A stretch of 64,000 bases of DNA from an uncultured Candidatus Saccharibacteria bacterium. Its GTDB lineage: Bacteria > Patescibacteriota > Minisyncoccia > Phycocordibacterales > UBA9973. Of this stretch, positions 48,319 to 59,200 are shown piece after piece. Every line of letters starts with the position of its first letter. Position 1 is the stretch's first letter. The notes under the pieces are model-generated. The model searched no databases, was not told the DNA's origin, and was given only the letters and a program-made list of their open reading frames with translations. The DNA is taken from NCBI GenBank assembly GCA_964482735.1, contig CAYZYV010000002.1:22061-86060 (forward strand), in the 5' to 3' direction. Made by a program: the position numbers and the translations under genes.

Positions 48319-50262
48319 ATGTATATCGTAACAGTAATTCCAATTAAAAAAGGAGTCCGGGGGGAATACCTATCTTATTTTTCCTCTTTTAATCTGGCTC
48401 CTGGAACTATGGTTACCATACCACTCAGGTCTAAACAAGAATCAGCCATCGTAGTTAATTCAGAAGAAGCTTTAAGTTTAAAAAGTGAAATAAAAAATAA
48501 TGAATATCAATTAAAAAAAATAATTAGTTCAAAAGGTTCAACACCTTTTAATAAGAATTTTTTTACTGCTTGCCAAATAGCTAAGAAGTATTTTGTTAGC
48601 AATACAGGAGTTGTTATAAAATCTCTTTTGCCATCAATCTTAATAGAAAAAATAGATAATCTTAAAAAAAATAATCAAATTGAAATAGTACACAATCCTG
48701 ATACACCGAATGAAAAATTTATTTTTCAAGCAAACGAGCAAAATCGTCTAGCTTTTTATAGAACTCTTATTAGGGAATCTTTTGCAAAAAAAGAATCCAT
48801 ATACATTTGTGTCCCAACTAAATATGACATTAATTTATTTTACAACGAACTTTCAAAAGGAATTGAATCTTTTACCTTCCTCTTCCACCTAGAACTTGGT
48901 GGCAAAAAGGTTGTAGAAAATTACAACGAAGCTATTACCAAAGATCACCCCATACTAATGATCGGTACAGGAATGTTTTTTTCAATACCTCGAAACGATA
49001 TTAAAACCATCATCATTGAAAAAGAAAGCTCAGAAGCTTACAAACAATTATCTCGGCCATACCTAGATATCAGGAGTTTTGCTGAAATTTTTTCTTATAT
49101 TAATCACAATAAATTAATTTTAGGAGATACACTCTTAAGACCAGAGACTATCGAAAGATACAATAATGGTGATTTTTATGAAATCTCAGCCCCATCTTAC
49201 AGATTGTTTAAAACTGACAGTTTAGAGATCGTAGATATGACCCAAAAAGAAGAGTCTGTTAAAGACTTTCAAGTAATTTCTAAAGAGGTTTTGTCCTTAA
49301 TAGAAAAAACTATAAAACAAAAAGAATCAGTTTTTCTTTTTACATTAAGGAAAGGACTGGCCCCTATGACTGTTTGTAATGATTGTAAAAAGGTGTTACT
49401 TTGCCCATCTTGTACAACACCTATTGTGTTGTACGGACCCAAACAAAATCAAGAAAATAAAAATGATAGAAGTAGAATTTTTATGTGCAATAAATGTGGT
49501 CGTAAAGAACGAACAGAAATAAATTGCCCGAATTGTCATAGTTGGAATCTTGTTCCTCTTGGTATTGGTATAGACAAAGTGACAGATGAAATAAAAAGTA
49601 TTTTCCCTAGCGTTAAAATTTTCCAAATAGACAAAGAAAATGTAAAAACAAACAATGACGCTAGAAAAATAATTGAGGATTTTAATAAAAGTCCAGGTTC
49701 TATTCTAATTGGAACAGAAATGGCATTTTATTTTATAGAAAATAAAGTTAGCTCAAGTGCCATCATTACTTTTGATGGATTATTTTCTATACCTAGTTTT
49801 AATATTGGTCAAAAAATAATACATTTAGTAGAAAAAATGGTTAGTACAACTTCTGGTAATGTTGTAATTCAAACAAGAATTCCCGAAAATAAAATTTTAT
49901 CTTCCATTGTTAGCGGGAATATGTCTTCTTATCTAAGAGAAGATATTAACGAAAGAAAAATATTTGGTTATCCACCATTTAAAAGACTTATAAAAATAAC
50001 TTTTGAGGGTTCACCTAGAGATACGGAAAAAGCCAGGGACTTTATAGAAAGAACACTGTCTGCTTACGAGCCTCAAGTCTTCAGTGCTTTTGTAAGTAAG
50101 ATTAAAGGTAGTTATATTACTAATACGGTATTAAAAGTTGATACAATCAAGTGGCCTTTACTCGAGAGAGGATCTAAAAAAATAGATGATAATTTACATC
50201 AAAATTTATATAATTTACCTCCTTCATTTTCAGTCAACGTAGACCCAGAAGATTTATTATAG
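48319..50262 (+). CDS. priA: Primosomal protein N'-like with degenerate helicase motifs
   Basis: N-terminal 3'-binding-domain pattern, four CxxC, G.G, ILIGT, IQT, R....YPPF. Confidence 0.85.
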   Translation: MYIVTVIPIKKGVRGEYLSYFSSFNLAPGTMVTIPLRSKQESAIVVNSEEALSLKSEIKNNEYQLKKIISSKGSTPFNKNFFTACQIAKKYFVSNTGVVIKSLLPSILIEKIDNLKKNNQIEIVHNPDTPNEKFIFQANEQNRLAFYRTLIRESFAKKESIYICVPTKYDINLFYNELSKGIESFTFLFHLELGGKKVVENYNEAITKDHPILMIGTGMFFSIPRNDIKTIIIEKESSEAYKQLSRPYLDIRSFAEIFSYINHNKLILGDTLLRPETIERYNNGDFYEISAPSYRLFKTDSLEIVDMTQKEESVKDFQVISKEVLSLIEKTIKQKESVFLFTLRKGLAPMTVCNDCKKVLLCPSCTTPIVLYGPKQNQENKNDRSRIFMCNKCGRKERTEINCPNCHSWNLVPLGIGIDKVTDEIKSIFPSVKIFQIDKENVKTNNDARKIIEDFNKSPGSILIGTEMAFYFIENKVSSSAIITFDGLFSIPSFNIGQKIIHLVEKMVSTTSGNVVIQTRIPENKILSSIVSGNMSSYLREDINERKIFGYPPFKRLIKITFEGSPRDTEKARDFIERTLSAYEPQVFSAFVSKIKGSYITNTVLKVDTIKWPLLERGSKKIDDNLHQNLYNLPPSFSVNVDPEDLL

Positions 50263-51474
50263 TTATCTTTTTGTGAAAGCCTCTTTAGGAGATAATCCTG
50301 CAGCCCTGTGTGCTGGCCACCACCCCGATACAAGACCTATTAAAACAGAGAAAATTAAAATTAAGCCTATAAACCACCAGGGTGCCATAAAAAGCTTGAT
50401 TGAATCTCCCCCGAATTGTTTTGAAAATATAGTGATGAGTAAATTTAGTAATTTTCCACCACCAACCCCTATTATAATACCCCCTATTCCACCCATTAAC
50501 CCCATAATAGAAGATTCAACTAAAAATAAATTTCTAACATCATAATCTGTTGCTCCTATGGATTTTAAAATTCCAACCTCATATATACGCTCAAGAAAAC
50601 CGACAAGCATGGTGTTAAACATCCCTATAGCAGAAACAATCAACGCTGTTATACCAAATACTCCTAAAATAATTGTAACAATGTTAGTAAATTTTCTAGC
50701 TTGAGTAACTAAATCTATACGGGCAGAAACAAAAAATCCATCTTTTTGTAACTTATCTCTTAGAGGTTCCAACACCTCAGTGCTTTTTGCTCTCACCAAG
50801 GCCTTAGTGTAAAAAGGTGGCTCTTCGGTTAAAGAAGAAGAAAACAATACAGCTGTGGGGACCAAAGAATCATCTTCAATGATTCCAGATATCTTTAGCG
50901 GTGTTTTTGTCTTGGACTCAGTGTAGGTATTAGCTATATTGTCTTGATAAAAAACAGTAAAAGATACTTCTTTATTTAAAGACGAAGCATCCGCAGGTAA
51001 GTTCATAGGGGCCAGTGTCTGACTAGTAACAACTATTCCAGGTTCTTTCTCTGATGGAATTTTACCTATGGAAGGAACAGAACCGGACAATCGATAGTAA
51101 GATGGCTCTACGATGGAATTATCTATAAGTATACTTGACTCATCAGACAAAAACATTTCTCCAGAAAAATCTGCAACAGGACTCACTTCAGCTACCTCTT
51201 CGTAGTTTTTAATATTTTCTAAATTAGCTTTTTTGATAAAAAGGTTACTTTCAGAAGGATAAGAAATTTCCATAGTAACCAATGAATCTTCTGTAGTCAT
51301 CAACTTTCCTATCAATATATACTGCAAACCATAACCAAGTGACACTAGTAGTAAAACTGTAGCAATACCAACAGACATACCTAATATAGTTAAAAGAGCT
51401 CTTTGTGGTTTATTCCTAAAAGTACGAAAAGATAAAGAAAATAGTTCACTAAATTTTAATTTTTTATTTTGCAT
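50263..51474 (-). CDS. MacB/FtsX-family ABC permease
   Basis: R.LLT.LG..VG.A; large extracytoplasmic loop; IG..NTM.....ER..E.G..K..GA; PA.RAA.L.P.EA. Confidence 0.92.
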   Translation of the reverse strand: MQNKKLKFSELFSLSFRTFRNKPQRALLTILGMSVGIATVLLLVSLGYGLQYILIGKLMTTEDSLVTMEISYPSESNLFIKKANLENIKNYEEVAEVSPVADFSGEMFLSDESSILIDNSIVEPSYYRLSGSVPSIGKIPSEKEPGIVVTSQTLAPMNLPADASSLNKEVSFTVFYQDNIANTYTESKTKTPLKISGIIEDDSLVPTAVLFSSSLTEEPPFYTKALVRAKSTEVLEPLRDKLQKDGFFVSARIDLVTQARKFTNIVTIILGVFGITALIVSAIGMFNTMLVGFLERIYEVGILKSIGATDYDVRNLFLVESSIMGLMGGIGGIIIGVGGGKLLNLLITIFSKQFGGDSIKLFMAPWWFIGLILIFSVLIGLVSGWWPAHRAAGLSPKEAFTKR

Positions 51475-52810
51475 TTTTTATTTCATCATCACAAATATTT
51501 TTATCACAGACCTCTTCTTCACAATTCAAAATCAACTCAAGTTTTTCTCCTATAGTAGAAGCAGCTCTAAAAGACAGACCGACTCCAAACTTACTATTAG
51601 ATAAATCCAAGACCTCCACTACTTTTTCGGGTGTAATATTTTCTCTTAAACGATCCGAAACTACTTGATCTATTGCTTTAACTTGAATATCTTTTAAAGT
51701 ACCAGTATACCCTTCTATAAGCCAGTTTCTTATTTCTTCGACTTCTTTATTTATAGGTAATTCTGGTCCTCTTTCTAGTATATCATAAACACAAGCCACA
51801 TTTTTACGCATTTTAATAACTTCTTCTATATAATTAGCAACCTTTTCAGATTTTTTCTTCCATAATCCCAGCCCTCCGTCTTTAAAAGGTTTGTTCAATT
51901 TATCTTTTAAGTTGTTTTTATTAATTTTCTCATCAAAACGCTCATTAACAAGATCTTCAAATCGAGATATTTCTTCTATGGAATAACCACGTAGTAAAAA
52001 GTTAGCCAGTATTCGAGCTGAAATTTTTTCATGACCCAAAACTTGTCTTTCTTTTACAGAGGAAACATCATTTATTTGATCATATAATCTCTTTGATATA
52101 GCATCAACAACGTTGCCTTTACTTACTTTCTCTACTTCCAAAACACTCCCATCTTTTATATGAAAAATTGTTTTGGCATCTTTAAGACTCCAAGCTTCGT
52201 GGGTTACCATAATTACTGTTCTGCCATCTTTTTCATTCAATTCCTTTAAAAATTCTAGTACTATTTTAGCGTTCACAGAGTCAAGGTTACCAAGAGGTTC
52301 GTCTGCAATAATAATTGGTGGATTATTAGCCAGTGCTCTCGCTATACCAACTCTTTGTTGCTGTCCCCCAGATAATTCATAAGGATATCTTGAAGCAAAA
52401 CTAGCAAGGTTTAACCTCTCTAAAAGGTTCTTCGCTTCTTCTTCGGCTCTTTCTGAACTTACCCCGACAAAAAGCATTGGCAATGCTACGTTTTTAAGCA
52501 CAGTAAGAGAAGGAATAAGGTTAAATTGTTGAAAAACAATTCCTATACCTGTTTGTCTAAAAATAGCCAACTCTTGATTTGTGAGTTCTGAAATATCTCT
52601 TCCTTGTATGTAAACATGTCCATCTTGGAATCTATCTATCCCAGAAATAGAATAAAGCATGGAAGTCTTTCCACATCCTGAAGGTCCAAAAAAGGCTACG
52701 TAATCTCCTCTCTCTATTTCTAAATTTATGTCTTTTAGGGCGTGAACTTGATTAGGTTTTCCTTTTTCGTACCAAAGATTAAGATTTTCAATTTTAATTA
52801 TTGAATCCAT
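51464..52810 (-). CDS. LolD/MacB-type ABC ATPase with ~220-aa C-terminal extension
   Basis: GPSGCGKT, FQQFNL, LSGGQQQR, ADEP.GNLD, VTH. Confidence 0.93.
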   Translation of the reverse strand: MDSIIKIENLNLWYEKGKPNQVHALKDINLEIERGDYVAFFGPSGCGKTSMLYSISGIDRFQDGHVYIQGRDISELTNQELAIFRQTGIGIVFQQFNLIPSLTVLKNVALPMLFVGVSSERAEEEAKNLLERLNLASFASRYPYELSGGQQQRVGIARALANNPPIIIADEPLGNLDSVNAKIVLEFLKELNEKDGRTVIMVTHEAWSLKDAKTIFHIKDGSVLEVEKVSKGNVVDAISKRLYDQINDVSSVKERQVLGHEKISARILANFLLRGYSIEEISRFEDLVNERFDEKINKNNLKDKLNKPFKDGGLGLWKKKSEKVANYIEEVIKMRKNVACVYDILERGPELPINKEVEEIRNWLIEGYTGTLKDIQVKAIDQVVSDRLRENITPEKVVEVLDLSNSKFGVGLSFRAASTIGEKLELILNCEEEVCDKNICDDEIKNAK

Positions 52811-53234
52811 AAACATTGTCTGTATAAGTAATTAATTCCTTGGGTAAAAGATTGCCCTTTATCAAAAATCCATCAATTCCTAAATCTTCAAATTTCTTCT
52901 GAATTTTTTTATCTTTTTGGCTAGAGTAAATTATTATTTTAAGATCAGAATACACTTTATTTTTTTTGATTTCAGAAATAAAATCGTATGATCTTCGAAT
53001 CTGACTTTCTATATCGTTTTTATCCCCATTTTTAGAAATTAAAATGTCTAAAAATACAACAGAAGGTCTTGTTTTCTCGTCTTCTATCAATATAGAAGCT
53101 TCTTCTAAGCTAGAGGCTAAGGATACATCGTAAATATCACCTCTTCCGTGAATCCAAAAGATATCTCTAAAGTATATTCTTGTTAATTCGTCATCATCGA
53201 TTAATAGCACTCGGTTCTTTTTGTTTTTATCCAT
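52794..53234 (-). CDS. Single-domain response regulator (receiver only)
   Basis: LLIDDD, P.VVFLD, IIIYSS, FLIK. Confidence 0.88.
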   Translation of the reverse strand: MDKNKKNRVLLIDDDELTRIYFRDIFWIHGRGDIYDVSLASSLEEASILIEDEKTRPSVVFLDILISKNGDKNDIESQIRRSYDFISEIKKNKVYSDLKIIIYSSQKDKKIQKKFEDLGIDGFLIKGNLLPKELITYTDNVYGFNN

Positions 53235-53244
53235 AGACTATTGG

Positions 53245-56200
53245 TTACTTTACATTGTTTATAAAATTAAATGTCTCATCAAAATTCTTAAATATAACAT
53301 CTACGATTGATTCTGTCTTCTTCGGAGTAATAATTGTTCTTATTGGTAATTTTGAAGTATTTCCGACGTCATCAGTAGAAGAAACTGTAAATCTGTAAAC
53401 TGCGCCTGGTTTTAAGGCTCCTAGAATTACTACGTGATTTCTTGTTAATTCTAGATCTTCTTGTTTATTGCTAAGCTCTCCTGAAGTACTACCGGAACCT
53501 TCTTCGTAATAAACTATAGACGTAGAAGGTTCATCTGTTTGCCAGGATATTATCGTCTGGACTCTATCGGTTCTTCCTTGAACAAGAGCACTATCAACTT
53601 TAAGATTTGTAACTGATGGGGGTAAGCTATCTGTAGAAGTTTTAACATTTAGTTCCGATCCACTTTCTACGGTATTCCCTTTATTGTTAATACCAGAAAC
53701 TTTTACTACATACGAGGTGCCCGGAGAAAGATTTTCGATCTTTATGGAGTGTGATGTATTTTTTTCTTCATCTACAATTTTTGAGGTTCTACCAGTCTTA
53801 GTATTCTTATATTCAATGATAGAAGTGGTTGGTTCATCTGTGGCCCACACGACCGCAAATGAATCTTTCTTTACATCTATTATTGAAGCTTGAATCTTGG
53901 AAGCTGAAGTAGTAAATATTAAGTCGTCCGATTTTCCTATTACTCCAGGTAGAGAATAAGCTTTTGCTGAATAATGATACTTTGTGTTAGATTTTAATCC
54001 TATTAATTTAATAGAGTGACTGGTGGATTTTTCCAATGTATTAGAGGATTCTCCGTTGTATGGGTTTTCTTTACTTGAATCGTATTTTTCATCTTCTATG
54101 TAGCTAACAACCGGGAATGATTTAACATTTGTTCTGTATTTAATAGTGGCACCACTCTCTGTAATATCAACAACTTCAGGTTTATCTATAAAAGGAGGAA
54201 CTAATGAAGGTAATATAGATTCAATTGTGGTCTCGATCTCTTTCTGGAATTGTTCTACGTTATCTATCTTTTTGAGTTCTGATAAGTCTTCGCTTAGATA
54301 TTTTGTTGTAAACTCTTTGTTTTCCGAATTACCTGTATCATTTGATTTATCCATGGCACTAATCTTGAAATTATAAAGAGTACCAAGACTTAAACCGTTG
54401 AGTTTGATTATATGCCGTTGAGACCAATTATCATCAGCACTCATTAGTCCGTAATTATCTTCTTTTCCGTACTTAATGAAAGCAATAGTATCTTCATTGG
54501 TGTTAAAAGAAATGGAAGCTCCAAAAGCAGTTATGTCAGAAATTTCTATATTGGATATTTCAGGAGCGATAGAATCCAAAGTGCTAAACTTCGCTTTGTA
54601 TGCTTGGTTTTCAGCTAGTAATAAATCATAAAGTTCCTGAGCAACTCCTGTTATTCCACCACCTCCTTTTGAAATAATCACTTTTTCTTTTGCTGTGGTC
54701 TCAAAAGAATACTCATCGGAAGTTGTTTCGTTACCGTTTTCATCGGTGGATTTAATTACATAATAATACTGCGTACTTTCTTCTAGCTCACTAATTGTTG
54801 CTAGGTGATTTGTAACTAGAGTATAAATAAGCTCTGTTTGATTGGTATAATCTCCAGAATTTTTTCCGTACAAAACACGACCATCTGCAGGTTCGTTAGT
54901 TGTCCAAGTTACAGCTACTTGTGAATTAGTTCTTATAGGGGTAGATATATCAGATATAATAGGAGCTGTTTCATCGTCGTTAGTACTGAATGTATAATAA
55001 CTGCCACCATTAGCACTTTCTCCCGTATTACCTAATTCATCAGAACTCATAACTAAAAAGTAGTAGATTTCATTAGGAACTAACCCCGTCAAAGAAACTG
55101 AGTGTTCGGTAGATAAAACTTCATCAGTTACAGTAGAAGGAGACGTCATATCTGGATTGATAGAATAACTAACTACAGAATTAGATGGAATATTTGTCGT
55201 CCATGTAATAGTAGCTCCTGTATCTGTTTCTCCTAGCGAGGCTACACTTGTTATTATAGGTCCTGGTGTAGTAGTAAACTGAGATCTAGAAATAGTTGTT
55301 TCTCCTGCCAAATTTGTAGATGTAGTCCTAAAGTAATAAGTAGTTTCTGGGGTTAAATTATCTATATAAATATTGTGATTTAAGACTTTATCCAACGATT
55401 GTTTTGATACACTGTAAACACCTTCTTCACCTTCTCTAATCGTTCCGTATTCTATCAAACTATCTGTATAATCAGCAGTGGTCCAGACTATTCTAGCACT
55501 CGTTGATTTTACACTTGCTCCATTAATATCACTAACAAGAATTTCATTGTCTAAGATAGAAAAGGCATGAATAATATCAGATCCTAATACTGCGTTTATA
55601 GGATTCGACAAAGTTATTAATACGTTTTCTGTTTCTTCGGAAAGCTCGTCATCAAAAATCACCACTGGAATGTTTACATTAGTTGATCCGGCAGAAATAA
55701 TTCCTTCATATCCTTCTATCAAATAATCAATACCATTGCCATCTGCAGACCCTCCTGTTACAGTGTAGTTAAATTTTATATCTTCAGGATATGGAGAAGA
55801 AATATTAACTAAAATATTTGCCGTATTTACATCTTCTTTTGCTTGACTTGTAAGACTAGCGAAAGATAAAGTTGGGTAAGTATCATTATCTATAATAGTA
55901 TAAGTATAAGTGGTGTTTGAATTCAAATTAGCTCCTGTTGCACCTGTTAATTTTACAATAACAGTTTCATCGTTTTCTTTTTTAGTATCGTCAATTATTA
56001 TTAAATCTATATTAGCTTCATCTTCACCTTTTAGTATTGTGATATTTCCAGAGGCAAGAGAAAAGTCTGATTCACTCGTAGCACTTCCACTTACTTCATA
56101 AGAAATGATAACATCTACCTCTGAAACTTCTGACAAAGTTATTGGTATTTTTACAGAAGTTATATTTTCTGTATTAGACACTGTAGATAAACTAAAACCA

Positions 56201-59200
56201 ACATTTGGATTAGAATCATTATCTTCTACTGTTAAAGTAAATATATTATTTTGACCAATTTGGGCATTTATTGGATTTTTTAAAGTCACCAAAATAGTCT
56301 CAGAATTTTCTTTTACGATATCATCTATTATAGGAATATTTAATGTAGTAGTTGTTGTCCCTGATGGTATGGTTATACTGCCGTTTATCATTGAGTGATC
56401 TAATCCATAAGAAGCCGAGCCTGAAATTGAATAATCTATACTTGCATCAAAAACATAAGGTCTGTCTAAAATAATATTGACTGGAAAATTATTACCATTT
56501 TCACTGGTAGCTATACCGGAAACCTCAAATGATACAGAAGGAGCGGTTAAGTCTAAAGTTTGCAATAAACCATCTTCAGAATAATCATTTTGAGTAGATA
56601 AAGGACTAAAATTAGGCTCACTGTTATCATGCGCAACCACTCTAATCCCTAAATTATCATAATTACCACCCATTAATCCTGTTTCATTAAATGTATTCCA
56701 CAAGATAGACATGTTTTCTCCATCCTCTAGGTAGTAATCACTGTAATCAAAACTATTAGGTGTGGTATTATCAGCCATAACCCAAACAGGAGTACCTGCA
56801 AAAAAGTCAGTATTCTGACGAGTCTCTCTTCCTTCAGAAACCAAATTAGGCCAAGTGCCAAGAACTAAACCACCAATAGTATTATTGTTTCTATTGTTAT
56901 ATTTTATGACTTCATTATTTATTAAAACATAACCACTATCTTTTAAGCCAGAGGAATTAGATAATTTTAAAGAAGTTCCATCGTAAGGATTATCACTCAA
57001 GGTTAATCCATTGTAATAAAACAAATACTCTTCAAAAGAAGGGTTATCTTTTTCATAGACGGTAGAATCTGTTATCTTGTATGTAACTACAACATTTCTT
57101 TCGTTGTTTTGAGCAACAATAACATTATTTATTATTGCAGATTGGTTAAGAACCCCACCACCCCCTTCTCCATAATTTTGTAAACCATCAGCCTTTACTA
57201 TTAAATCATTTCCTTGCCGAACAGAGATATTCCCATAAATATCAACCACTGAAATCAAAAACTTATGTATAAAAGATGGGGTGAGGTTTTTATACAGATA
57301 AAAATCTGTATTAACATCTGAAAGAACTCCGTCTTCCACTTCTCCTTCCTTATAAAAATTGGTTCCATCTGGTGAAATAAATTTCTCTATCTTGAAATGA
57401 GAAAAGTTTTGATATGACATTTTTAACCACCCTAGATACATAGCATAGTAATGGGTTTCCACATTAGAAACATCTTGTACTACAAAAGATTTTTCATAAA
57501 TAGGATCTGGCGATTCAAGGGTTACAATATTATTTGCATCTTCATTATTAAATAAATCTCTAAATCTTACTCCGGCTATCTTAGAATTAATTTGACTATC
57601 AAAAGACCATGGTACAGAAACTTCATCGCCAACCATTTCCACCCACCCTGTATCCATCATTTCTCCATTAGCATTAGATCTAAAATCTACAACTCGATAT
57701 TCTATATAACCAGAACTTTCTATAGGCCTTTTTATTTTAATTAATGCACTATTTTCTACTCCAACAATTCCAGCATCTAATGTTGCTGATAATTTTTCGT
57801 TCTCAAAATAAGGAATCTTGGTGTCTATGGATATCCCTTCACTTGAAGCACTTGATAAATTGTGAATGTTTTCTCCATCATCCACAGTAACTCTAATGAA
57901 GAGATCATCTCCTGATATTGACGAATCGTGTCCTCGAACAATATTTTTTACATCCAAAACAGCTTCGTGTGTAGTATAAGAAGATTCGTTTACTTCTTTA
58001 AGAGAAATATCTCCCTGTCTCAAAATAGGACTACTAGAAAAAACCAAAACAGAGGCATCTGCCCAATCAGAAGATTCTCCTACTTTATATTCTATTTTAG
58101 GAAGAACCTGGCCTGGGTAATTTACACCATGACTAGTATCCACATCTTTTACTTCATAAGTAAGTAAGACTTTTCCAAGATCTGCACTGTTCCTGTCTTG
58201 TATTTGATATGCTAGTACGTTTTTAATCTCAGGAGGTTTGTTCATCTCATAATCTATGCCTACCGATTGAACAACAGGCGTTGAATATCCTTCTGGATTA
58301 ATTTCTAATTTATATTGGAAATATCGATCATCACTACCAGAATTTAGAGGGTGGAGAGAATTCATTACTACACCCTTATTTTCTATTTTAAAATAATCTG
58401 TCTCTTCTCCTGTGCCAGAAAAACCATACCATGAAGACCAATTAGCTTTATCTGAGGATGTTCTAACCTTAATCAAAATTTTAGAAGTCTCTGATTCACC
58501 TGAAGCACTCCAGGACACTTTACTTAATCCAGATTCAGAATCTTCAGTATCAAAAATTGATGATATAAGATATCCATTAACGTATTCACTATAATTAAAA
58601 GTTATAGAATCGAAGGTGGGAGTAACTTCTGAATTGTTAGTAGATAAATTAACTCTATACTGAACGTATCTTTTATTACCCAAAGCTAAAAGGCTTCCAC
58701 CATCCAAAATAGTATTATTCCAATTTGTCCAACTACCATCTACTGTATTTGTATTTCCAGCTCTAACATCCACTGTTATATTTTGACCATTAAGAGTAGT
58801 TGAGTAATTAACTGAATTTAAAATGACTTGTTTTCCAAAATCCACAACAGGAGAAGTGTAAGAACCTTCTGTGTTATATGTATTAGTACCAGCCGACATA
58901 TTAGAATAAGAAACTGAGGCCTTTTTAACTAAAACAGGATAAGCCTTGTTTTCTCTTGTAGTATCACCAAGTTGTCCATAATCATTTCTTCCCCAAGCGT
59001 AAACTGTTCCATCGTTGTTTATGGCATAAACGGTATGCATATCAGACGTCAAAGATTTTATACTTCCTAAATACCCAGAATTATTTTCACCAACCACTTT
59101 AACTGGAACATTTCTATTTGTGGTGGTACCATCCCCTAATTGTCTATTGCTATTATTACCCCAAGAATATACCGTACCATCAGTTTTAAGTGCATAAGCA

